IMG/VR virus record: IMGVR_UViG_3300048581_000026
DNA: 20,000 bases
Origin: an uncultured virus (IMG/VR IMGVR_UViG_3300048581_000026)
Taxonomy: Duplodnaviria; Heunggongvirae; Uroviricota; Caudoviricetes
Reading direction: 5' to 3' (one strand)
The notes beneath the pieces were generated by a model, which had not been told where the DNA came from, ran no database searches, and saw only the letters and a program-made list of their open reading frames with translations. The number at the start of each line of letters is the position of its first letter. Positions within the stretch are counted from its first letter, which is position 1. The position numbers and the translations under genes are program-made. Below, in pieces: positions 1 to 7,613 of the stretch.

Positions 1-783
1 GCCTGGGAAAAATTGACAGCAGATGTCAATCAGATGTTCAAGATGCTTTGGAATTCTCTGGTATTTGGTGCTGTGTTTGCATTCTATTCAATTGAAGCTG
101 CTGCATCTGCATTATGGAATAACATGAAGGCACCAGCAGAGGCTTTCTTCAACTGGGTCATTTCAAAATTCTCTTGGTTGAATGCTGCTGTGTCATTCAT
201 CAAAATGCTCAGCCCTAGTTCAATAAGCACAATTGGCGGAAAGGAAAGCACCCAGCCTGGTGGTAGATCATCAAGGGTGATGTCTATGGAGCCAGCAAAT
301 ACATTGGCAGGCACTCCCAGTTCTTCTTCTCCTGCAGCAGGGGTTTATGGCTCTTCTGCACACACCACCAGAGCAGGAAGCATTCAATCCACAGTAAAAT
401 CTCCAGTTCTTGATATGCCAGTCCACAAGCAAGTGGCAGCAAATCATCTTGCTGCCATTGGAGGTCTGCCACCTGAAGTTCCTGCAGCCAAACCTGTGGC
501 AGCCACTGCCACACAGAACCAGCTCCTGGATCCCACTAGCAAAGAGGCAGCAGCCTTCAACAGGCAGTTCTCATTCATGGGTGCTACCCCACACGCTGCG
601 ATGGCAGCTCCAGCAGCTCAGCCATCTGGTCCAAGCACAACTGACAATTCAAAAAGGGAAGTTAGTGTTGGTCAGGTAAATGTCTATGCTGCTCCTGGAG
701 CAGATGCTCAGAGCATTGCGGATACTACAGCCAGAACAATCCGTAACACAGGTATGGCCGATCAAGTTGATGGGGGGATCTGA
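1..783 (+). CDS. Tail tape measure protein, C-terminal part (5' partial)
   Basis: Frame is open from base 1. Helical Trp/Phe-periodic segment, then an Ala/Pro/Ser linker and a terminal 'VSVGQVNVYAAPGADAQSIAD' typical of tape-measure ends. Lies directly before the Dit-like gene. Confidence 0.8.
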   Translation, partial: AWEKLTADVNQMFKMLWNSLVFGAVFAFYSIEAAASALWNNMKAPAEAFFNWVISKFSWLNAAVSFIKMLSPSSISTIGGKESTQPGGRSSRVMSMEPANTLAGTPSSSSPAAGVYGSSAHTTRAGSIQSTVKSPVLDMPVHKQVAANHLAAIGGLPPEVPAAKPVAATATQNQLLDPTSKEAAAFNRQFSFMGATPHAAMAAPAAQPSGPSTTDNSKREVSVGQVNVYAAPGADAQSIADTTARTIRNTGMADQVDGGI

Positions 784-1490
784 TGCCTGATGGATTTGCC
801 CTGCCAAGTCTTCCTGTATCAAACACACCTAGTCTGAATTTTCAGCTACCAGACCTGCACCTGCCCAATGCTCCGGCTGTTCCATTCCTGCACCCAGCAT
901 CATTGCCAGCACCAAATATTGCTCCTCCTGCATTCGCAAACATCTGGGGAATTTATGATGCAAGCGGCAATAAGCTGTTTGATGTTGATACCTGCCTCAG
1001 TGCTGATTTCAAAGATCCCTCGAAAGTTAGCGAATTCCCTGTTGAGGATGGATCATTTACCACATACAACAAAGTCAAAGAGCCATTGGATGCAAAAATT
1101 AGGCTTGGTGTCGCAGGAATGAAAAAAATTGCAGTTGCTTTAACAGCTTTGCGTGCTGCTGTGGCATCCGTAAATCTTTATGATATATGGACGCCAGAAT
1201 ACATTTATCAGAATTGCACTGTTGTTATTGGATCTTATAAAAGAACAGAAAAAGAAGGCAGGAATCTGCTTGAGGTGCTTATTGATCTCAAAGAAGTTAG
1301 GCAGGTTGGGACTCAGTATGCAACCAGTGTTCCCATCACCAGCAAAAAGGCTTTGAAGTCTTCATCTTCAAGCAAGGTAAGCAGCGGAAAGGCTCAGACA
1401 GCTACACCAACACCAAGCCTTCAGAACATGACTACGTCACAGGTTGCCGCTCTGGCCAAGCAGCAGGCAGCTAAGGTATTTGGAGGCTGA
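783..1490 (+). CDS. Dit-like baseplate/tail-tube initiator protein
   Basis: Pro-rich N-terminus, then 'WGIYD', 'SEFPVEDGSFTTYNKV', 'YDIWTPEYIY' and 'LKEVRQV' motifs of Bcep781-like Dit proteins. TGATG overlap with the tape measure gene. Confidence 0.85.
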   Translation: MPDGFALPSLPVSNTPSLNFQLPDLHLPNAPAVPFLHPASLPAPNIAPPAFANIWGIYDASGNKLFDVDTCLSADFKDPSKVSEFPVEDGSFTTYNKVKEPLDAKIRLGVAGMKKIAVALTALRAAVASVNLYDIWTPEYIYQNCTVVIGSYKRTEKEGRNLLEVLIDLKEVRQVGTQYATSVPITSKKALKSSSSSKVSSGKAQTATPTPSLQNMTTSQVAALAKQQAAKVFGG

Positions 1491-1491
1491 T

Positions 1492-1794
1492 ATGTTGTAT
1501 TGTGATTTGGAAGTCGGTGGAGTCCCAATCTGGTATGCGGTTCCGTGCTTGAATGGAGTTTCAATCAATTCACATCCATATCTTGCATTCGATGGAGATC
1601 TGATTTTTATAGATACACAAGGTGCAAATGATCCAGCTTATGATGGTCTTTCTGATCGATATGTTCTGCTTTATATTCAGGCGGGTGCAGATGATTTGCA
1701 GATATCATTGCAAGCAGTTCCATCACAGCAGATTAGTGTGACCCTTGGATCTCAGAATTGCACAATATCACTTTACACACGGGAGGTTCTGTGA
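1492..1794 (+). CDS. Baseplate plug-like small protein (100 aa), apparently circularly permuted
   Basis: GGAGG at 1482-1486 before ATG 1492. Contains 'YLAFDGDLIFIDTQGANDPAYDGLSDRYVLLY' and 'LQAVPSQQISVTLGSQNCTISLY' motifs. Position between Dit and hub genes matches the family. Confidence 0.85.
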   Translation: MLYCDLEVGGVPIWYAVPCLNGVSINSHPYLAFDGDLIFIDTQGANDPAYDGLSDRYVLLYIQAGADDLQISLQAVPSQQISVTLGSQNCTISLYTREVL

Positions 1795-2651
1795 GTTTCA
1801 GTCAGAAAATCCTGCAAGTAAGCATCGTCAAAGGCCACGGAAATTTTGACTCTGGTGGCAACACCAAAATCATGTCTGGTCTTAGGGTTAAATGTGAAAT
1901 TGAAAAGAATGGTCATCCAAGCAAGAATAAAGTTTCACTCAAGATCTATGGGATGAAACAGGATGACATGAATGCTTTAACCACATTGTCATTCAAACCT
2001 ATGGCAGTGGTCAAAAATACAATTCAAGTAATGGCTGGTGATTCCAATGGAATGCAGGTGGCATTCCAAGGTGACATTACTGGTGCATGGGAAATTTATA
2101 GCTCTCCCCCAAATCTTTATTTCCATGTGGAAGCTCTGTCTGGCTATTATCACTCTATCGCAGTTGTTACACCAAAGGGCTATCCTGGTTCTGTGTCGGC
2201 AGCCAGCCTGATGAGTGGCCTTGCATCACAGATGAATCTTGCGTTTGAGATGGATCCTTCAAATCCAGTCACCACACAGCTGAGCAGGCCTTATCTATGG
2301 GGAACGCCATTCCAGCAGGCTGCTGCAATTGCTGCTGCTGCCAACATCGAATTTGGAATAGATGATGATGTTTTATATATAGCCAACAGAGGAAAAGAGC
2401 GCAAGGGAACTGCTCCGCTGGTCTCAGTTGATACTGGGCTGAAAGCATATCCAACATTTGATAAAAAGGGTATACGCTTCAAAACCCTATACAATCCAGC
2501 AATTCTTTATGGTGGACTGGTTGTAGTTAAATCAGCAATACCAATGGCGTGCGGCACCTGGAGGGTGCATAAATTGCGTCACGATCTTGAAAGTGAAACA
2601 CCTGGTGGTATCTGGGAAAGTGAAGTCTACGCCACACCACAAGGGAGCTAG
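1791..2651 (+). CDS. Baseplate hub protein (286 aa)
   Basis: GTG 1791 overlaps the previous stop (GTGA) and follows GGAGG at 1782-1786. Motifs 'GLRVKCEIEK', 'KIYGM', 'AFQGDITGAW', 'GLKAYPTFD', 'LRHDLESETPGGIWES'. Confidence 0.85.
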   Translation: MSFSQKILQVSIVKGHGNFDSGGNTKIMSGLRVKCEIEKNGHPSKNKVSLKIYGMKQDDMNALTTLSFKPMAVVKNTIQVMAGDSNGMQVAFQGDITGAWEIYSSPPNLYFHVEALSGYYHSIAVVTPKGYPGSVSAASLMSGLASQMNLAFEMDPSNPVTTQLSRPYLWGTPFQQAAAIAAAANIEFGIDDDVLYIANRGKERKGTAPLVSVDTGLKAYPTFDKKGIRFKTLYNPAILYGGLVVVKSAIPMACGTWRVHKLRHDLESETPGGIWESEVYATPQGS

Positions 2652-2654
2652 CCA

Positions 2655-3437
2655 ATGCCACAAGATGAAACAATTTTCCCTCAGCAGCAGCCAACATCTG
2701 GCAATGGAGATGTAAACGAAACTTTATTTGCAATTCAAAGGACTCTGGCCCTTATGAATATTGCAACTCAGGTGAAGGTTGTGGCAGTCCACACTTCAGG
2801 GAACACATCACCTGTAGGAACAGTAGATGTTATGCCGATTGTGAATGTTATTGATGGCTCGGGTAGATCCTGGCCTCATGACACAATATATGATGTTCCT
2901 TACATCCGCATTCAGGGTGGCATCAATGCTGTGATTTGTGACCCTCATGCTGGCGATATTGGCCTGTGTGTCTTCTGCGACCGAGACCAGTCTGCAGCCC
3001 AGAAGACAGGAGCCCAGTCCAATCCCGGCTCCGGTCGCCGATTCGATCTTGCTGATGGCATTTACATTGGAGGATGGAATTCGCAAGTAGTTCCCCAGAA
3101 TTATGTTGTAATAAATCCTGATGGTTCCATTGCTGTGCTGTCAACCGGAAGGATTGATGTTACTGGAACTACTTGCGAATTTCATTGCCCTGTTGTTATG
3201 GATCAGACTTTGCAGGTTGTTGGCAACACCACACTGGAAGAAAATCTGACTGTTTTGGATAATGTTACTCTGGGCGGAAGTCTTTCTGCGACAGGCTCAA
3301 CAGGCTCTGGAAATGCTACGCTTGCTGGCAGCCTAACTGCCACTGGCAATGTTAAGGGTGGAACAGTTGATCTTGAAACTCATGTCCATACCAATGTTCA
3401 GAGTGGTAGCAGCAACACTGGGGGGCCAGTGGGATGA
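2655..3437 (+). CDS. Baseplate central spike (Gp138/gpV-like)
   Basis: OB-fold N-terminus ('GTVDVMP', 'DPHAGDIGLCVFCDRD', 'RRFDLADGIYIGG'), beta-helix repeats and a C-terminal HxH apex motif 'LETHVHTNVQSG'. Confidence 0.92.
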   Translation: MPQDETIFPQQQPTSGNGDVNETLFAIQRTLALMNIATQVKVVAVHTSGNTSPVGTVDVMPIVNVIDGSGRSWPHDTIYDVPYIRIQGGINAVICDPHAGDIGLCVFCDRDQSAAQKTGAQSNPGSGRRFDLADGIYIGGWNSQVVPQNYVVINPDGSIAVLSTGRIDVTGTTCEFHCPVVMDQTLQVVGNTTLEENLTVLDNVTLGGSLSATGSTGSGNATLAGSLTATGNVKGGTVDLETHVHTNVQSGSSNTGGPVG

Positions 3438-3796
3438 GCACTTTAGGTCTTAACTATAACACATGGGATCTTGCTCTTGATGCTTCAGGAAATATGAGCA
3501 TTATTTCTGGAGGACTCGACATTGCTCAGGATGTTGCCAGTGCCATCAAATTGTTTCTTGGAGAACTTTATTATGATGTGACTGCTGGCATTCCTTATTT
3601 CAATAGTGTGTTTGGACCATCTTATTCCTCAAGCACAGTTCAGAACCTTATTCAGAATGCAGCCCTTACTGTTCCAAATGTAGTCACTGCGATAGCCACC
3701 ATTACCAATTTTGACTATACCATGAGGACTCTGACTGGGACAGTGGACATTACCACCACAACAGGCCAGACCATCACAGTAAATTTTGGGGGATAG
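3434..3796 (+). CDS. Baseplate wedge / sheath initiator (gp25/W-like)
   Basis: 'WDLALDASGN', 'AQDVASAIKLFLGELYYDVTAGIPYF', 'RTLTGTV'. Position between spike and J. Confidence 0.85.
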   Translation: MSTLGLNYNTWDLALDASGNMSIISGGLDIAQDVASAIKLFLGELYYDVTAGIPYFNSVFGPSYSSSTVQNLIQNAALTVPNVVTAIATITNFDYTMRTLTGTVDITTTTGQTITVNFGG

Positions 3797-3797
3797 A

Positions 3798-5306
3798 ATG
3801 GCCACCTTCGTAATTTCGTATGTCACAAATGTTCCTTCTCCAACACTTGGAACCACAGGTCTTGTTGTCCCAGATGAAGCATCTATTCTGTCTGGTGTTG
3901 TTGCAGACATGCAGGCAGCATATGGTGGATCTCTGAATCTCAATCCTGGTATATCTTCAACACTTTCGACTGCACAAGGTCAGCTGGCCACAAGTCTAAC
4001 TGCCATCATAGCCAGCAAGGATAGCATGATGGCACAATATGTTTCACAGCTTGATCCAAAATATTCTCAAGGAAGAATGCAAGATGCAATTGGTTATCTT
4101 TACTATTTAACCAGACTGCCTGCCATCAGCACTCAGGTTAGCTGCACTTGCTCTGGTGCAGTTGGGACTGTGATTCCAATTGGTTCTCAGGTGCAGGACA
4201 CTGCTGGCAATATTTATTCTTGTATTGTTGGTGGGACAATTGGTTCTGGTGGAAATGTAACATTGACATTTGCCAATGTTGTTGCTGGTCCAATTGTTTG
4301 TGCACCAGGATCAGTAAATACCGTGTACATTACCATCCCAGGCTGGGATAGTGTCACCAATGCTTCAGCAGGCATCACAGGACAGAATGTTGAAAGTTCT
4401 ATTGCTTTTGAAGCTCGCCGTGAAGCCTGTATACCACTGAACTCTATTGGACAGGCTTCAGCAATTCGTGCAGCAATTCTTAACACAGGACAAGATCTCA
4501 CTCCAATGCAGGTTCCACTTGATGCCAGAGTTGTAGAAAACTACAGTGCTTTCACACAGATCATTGGTGGAATAACTGTTCAGCCATCATCTGTGTTCAT
4601 CTGTGTTGCTGGTGGTAATGCAACAGAAATAGCTGCTGCTATCTGCTCAAAGAAAGATGTTGGGTGCAATTACACGGATGCAGCTTACTTCACTGCAAGT
4701 CTCACTGCTTTGAGCACAACCATGACTGTTAGTGCCATGACCTATGGTGCAAACTCTGGATACATAGCAGCAGGTCAGCAGATCAATTCTCCTTCTGGCT
4801 CGACAATTGCTGGTGGACCTTACACGATAGTCCAACAGCTTGGAGGAACACCTGGAGGCATCGGGACTTACCAGGTTGCTGCTTCAGGCATAAGCACAGG
4901 ACCTGGCTTCTCATCGCAGGCCCTTAGCTCTGCTGTTGTGGTTCAGGTCCCTGACACGGGTTATGCAATGCCTTATCCTATCTACCAGGTTGATTGTGCT
5001 CAGGCAGTTGACACACCAATCAATGTTCAGGTAACTCTTGCAACTGCCACCAACCCTCCAAGCACAGCACAGACTACTTTGCAAAATGGCTTGGGAGATG
5101 CTTTCACTGGTGCAGATGGTCTTGCTGCTGCCACAATTGGAGGAACATTCTACAATTCTAGACTGTATGCCCTTGTGAGTGCATTGCTTCCTGGTGTTGG
5201 TGTCCTTGGTGTGCTAGTTGGATCTGGAACACCAAGCAATGTCTATCAGACATTAAACATGAACCAATATCCAGTTCTTGGAACTGTGACTGTGGTGTAT
5301 GCATGA
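3798..5306 (+). CDS. Baseplate J/gp47-like protein with an ~85-aa insertion (502 aa)
   Basis: 'QGQLATS', 'DPKYSQGRMQDAIGYLYYLTR', 'IPGWDSVTN', 'AFEARR', 'VAGG..EIAAAI..KK..GC' motifs. ATG 3798 follows the previous stop. Confidence 0.92.
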   Translation: MATFVISYVTNVPSPTLGTTGLVVPDEASILSGVVADMQAAYGGSLNLNPGISSTLSTAQGQLATSLTAIIASKDSMMAQYVSQLDPKYSQGRMQDAIGYLYYLTRLPAISTQVSCTCSGAVGTVIPIGSQVQDTAGNIYSCIVGGTIGSGGNVTLTFANVVAGPIVCAPGSVNTVYITIPGWDSVTNASAGITGQNVESSIAFEARREACIPLNSIGQASAIRAAILNTGQDLTPMQVPLDARVVENYSAFTQIIGGITVQPSSVFICVAGGNATEIAAAICSKKDVGCNYTDAAYFTASLTALSTTMTVSAMTYGANSGYIAAGQQINSPSGSTIAGGPYTIVQQLGGTPGGIGTYQVAASGISTGPGFSSQALSSAVVVQVPDTGYAMPYPIYQVDCAQAVDTPINVQVTLATATNPPSTAQTTLQNGLGDAFTGADGLAAATIGGTFYNSRLYALVSALLPGVGVLGVLVGSGTPSNVYQTLNMNQYPVLGTVTVVYA

Positions 5307-5920
5307 TAGCCCTTTCTGATACTGTCATAGCACAATATGCCAACAGTCCAATCATGCTGGCTCTTCTTGGATCATTCAATGCAGCAATTTCTCCACATAT
5401 AGACTTTGATCTTGTTTACAATAACATATTGAACATAAATACAGCCACAGGGTATGGACTGGATGTTCTTGGAAGATGGGTTGGGGTTAGCAGGCTAATC
5501 ACCATTCCTCCAAATTCAAATTTCGTAGGATGGCGTGAAGCAAATTCTTGGCAGCCTTGGGGTCAGGCACCTTGGTGGGATGGCAACACTGCGGAGTTAA
5601 CAGCAGGATCCATTGTTTCTCTCAATGATGCTGTTTTTAGACAGGTTGTTCTGGCCAAGGCTCTGGCAAACATATCAAACTGTTCTGCGCCTGCAATAAA
5701 TTCTATTTTGCGTGTGCTATCTGGAAATGTGCAAGGATCTCTTGCATATGTGAAAGACACAGGAAATATGTCTATGGTGATTTACTTCCAGGCTAATATA
5801 TCAAATATTCAGCTCTACATCATCACCCAGAAGAGCATCATTCCTAAGCCTGCAGGTGTTCAAGCTTCCATCTGGACTCCGGCTACAGGGCTGGTTCCCA
5901 TTGGTGCCACAATATACTAG
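5303..5920 (+). CDS. DUF2612-like baseplate wedge protein
   Basis: 'TVIAQYANSP', 'NINTATGYGLDVLGRWVGVSR', 'LAKALANIS', 'PKPAGV'. Confidence 0.9.
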   Translation: MIALSDTVIAQYANSPIMLALLGSFNAAISPHIDFDLVYNNILNINTATGYGLDVLGRWVGVSRLITIPPNSNFVGWREANSWQPWGQAPWWDGNTAELTAGSIVSLNDAVFRQVVLAKALANISNCSAPAINSILRVLSGNVQGSLAYVKDTGNMSMVIYFQANISNIQLYIITQKSIIPKPAGVQASIWTPATGLVPIGATIY

Positions 5921-5930
5921 GAGAAGTAGC

Positions 5931-6974
5931 ATGACAAGCATCGTTCTTCCTGCTCTGATCACTCACTCCTGGAGATATGGCTCTCTGTCTTCTGCTGGCA
6001 TGCTGAATGCTGTTCCTGATGCTAGCACAGGAACATTTACAGCATCATTCCAGGATGGTCTTCCCTTGATTACTGCAACAGCTGAAGGTGCTGGTGGGAC
6101 TCCAACACCACAAGGAGATATGAATGGTATTCTGCAGATAATCACAGGATTCCAGCTGTGGGTTAATGCTGGCGGTCAGTTCCCATTCAGTGCCACTTTA
6201 TCGACTGCCATTGGAGGCTATCCACTTGGCGCAGTGGTCCAGCTATCTACAGGAACTTCATCCGTAATCAGCACAGTGAATGGGAACACAAATAACCCAA
6301 ACACAAATATGGCTGGTTGGGCTCCGTATGGTGGTTCGACAATGGCCACTTTGACCGCCGTTGTGGCAGCACAGAATACAGCCAATTCTGCTGTGACCGC
6401 GGCCGCATCTGCCCAGACTACAGCCAACACCGCCATCACTACTGCCAATGCTGCGCAGTCTTCTGCTACGACAGCATTGGCAAAGGCCAATTATGCTGTT
6501 GCCAAGCAGAAAATAACAGCAATAAATATTTTTACATCTGGGTCCAGTTGGACAGTTGCATATAATGCTTCTAGGATGTCTGGTCTGTGCGCAGGAGCTG
6601 CACCAATAATTCCACAGTCCACAGGAATATATCTTGTTATTTTAACTGGGAATATAGTTTCTGGCACAGTTAATTCTACGCCCATAGGCTCAACTCCAGT
6701 TGGGGGCTCTACCCAAATTGGTCTCTGTGCTGGATTAGGGAATGGCCCTGGCAATGGGACTGCGGAATCAGGGACTCCAGTTGGTGGGGCTGGTGTGGTT
6801 GCAGGTGGAGCTGGAACTGAGTTTACACTTGTGACCACAGTGAATCTTTTTGCCAGCATAGGTGGTTCTGGAATAGGTGTTCCGTGTTGGATAGATGCTT
6901 TTGCGTTTGCTCTTCTATCTGGTCAGATAAGTGTTCTGTCAAATATCAGTCTACAAGCTACCGAGATTGGCTAG
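5931..6974 (+). CDS. Tail fibre protein (347 aa)
   Basis: Baseplate-attachment N-terminus ('ASFQDGLP', 'DMNGILQIIT', 'AIGGYPLGAVV'), six Ala/Thr/Asn heptads (~6369-6494, trimeric coiled-coil type) and a Gly-rich C-terminal head. Confidence 0.85.
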   Translation: MTSIVLPALITHSWRYGSLSSAGMLNAVPDASTGTFTASFQDGLPLITATAEGAGGTPTPQGDMNGILQIITGFQLWVNAGGQFPFSATLSTAIGGYPLGAVVQLSTGTSSVISTVNGNTNNPNTNMAGWAPYGGSTMATLTAVVAAQNTANSAVTAAASAQTTANTAITTANAAQSSATTALAKANYAVAKQKITAINIFTSGSSWTVAYNASRMSGLCAGAAPIIPQSTGIYLVILTGNIVSGTVNSTPIGSTPVGGSTQIGLCAGLGNGPGNGTAESGTPVGGAGVVAGGAGTEFTLVTTVNLFASIGGSGIGVPCWIDAFAFALLSGQISVLSNISLQATEIG

Positions 6975-6977
6975 CAC

Positions 6978-7160
6978 ATGTCACACAAAAACAGAGAGAG
7001 GAGCATCAAGGATGAGAACCCAAGAGAAAAGATTGCCAGGATCTTCATGGAAAGGAGGCTGAAAGAATCTGACAGAAAAGCCAAAGACTTTGCATCGACA
7101 CTAGATCCAAGGCAATTTGTTAACATCAGTCTGCCAGCCATCAAGAACCAAGAGGAGTAG
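6978..7160 (+). CDS. Small charged hypothetical protein (60 aa)
   Basis: Fills the gap between the fibre stop and the next gene, with 3-nt spacers on each side. No recognisable motif and no clear SD. Confidence 0.5.
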   Translation: MSHKNRERSIKDENPREKIARIFMERRLKESDRKAKDFASTLDPRQFVNISLPAIKNQEE

Positions 7161-7163
7161 AAA

Positions 7164-7550
7164 ATGTCAATCTCAATCGCAGTGAATACTCGCAATGCCC
7201 AGCTCACCACCTATGGGGCAAACTTCAACAGTGGCACCCTGGTCCTCTACTCTGGCAGTGTGCCGGCGACCGCCGATGCCTCCCTTGGCGCTGCAGTGGC
7301 TCTGGTCACTCTGCCCTTCAGTGCATCCGCCTTTGGCACAGCATCTGCTGGGTCAATGACGGCGAATGCCATCACTCAGACCAATGCTGGTGCCTCTGGC
7401 ACTGCCTCCTTCTATCGGTGCTTCAACTCCAGCAGTGTGTGCATTGAGCAGGGCCTTGTTGGCACCTCTGGTGCTGACCTGAACATGAACACCACCGCCA
7501 TTGTTGCTGGTGGCCCTGTCCAGATTACCAGTTTCATCCGGACTGAGTAA
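7164..7550 (+). CDS. Small beta-rich virion structural protein (fibre-associated, 128 aa)
   Basis: GAGGAG SD. Motifs 'LVLYSGSVPATAD', 'ASGTASFYR' and 'QGLVGTSGADLNMNTTAIVAGGPVQITSF' resemble a widespread phage fibre-module protein. Confidence 0.75.
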   Translation: MSISIAVNTRNAQLTTYGANFNSGTLVLYSGSVPATADASLGAAVALVTLPFSASAFGTASAGSMTANAITQTNAGASGTASFYRCFNSSSVCIEQGLVGTSGADLNMNTTAIVAGGPVQITSFIRTE

Positions 7551-7613
7551 AAAAGAATCCAGCATCCCTCCGCAGATTCAGATTCCGGCTGAGGCCGCGC
7601 TTGGAGAAACCAA

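Noticed and set aside
1444..1491. Upstream extension 'RQLRYLEAD' resembling the plug family C-terminus
   Set aside because: It overlaps the Dit coding end and 'LEAD' is simply the translated SD region. ATG 1492 is the better start.
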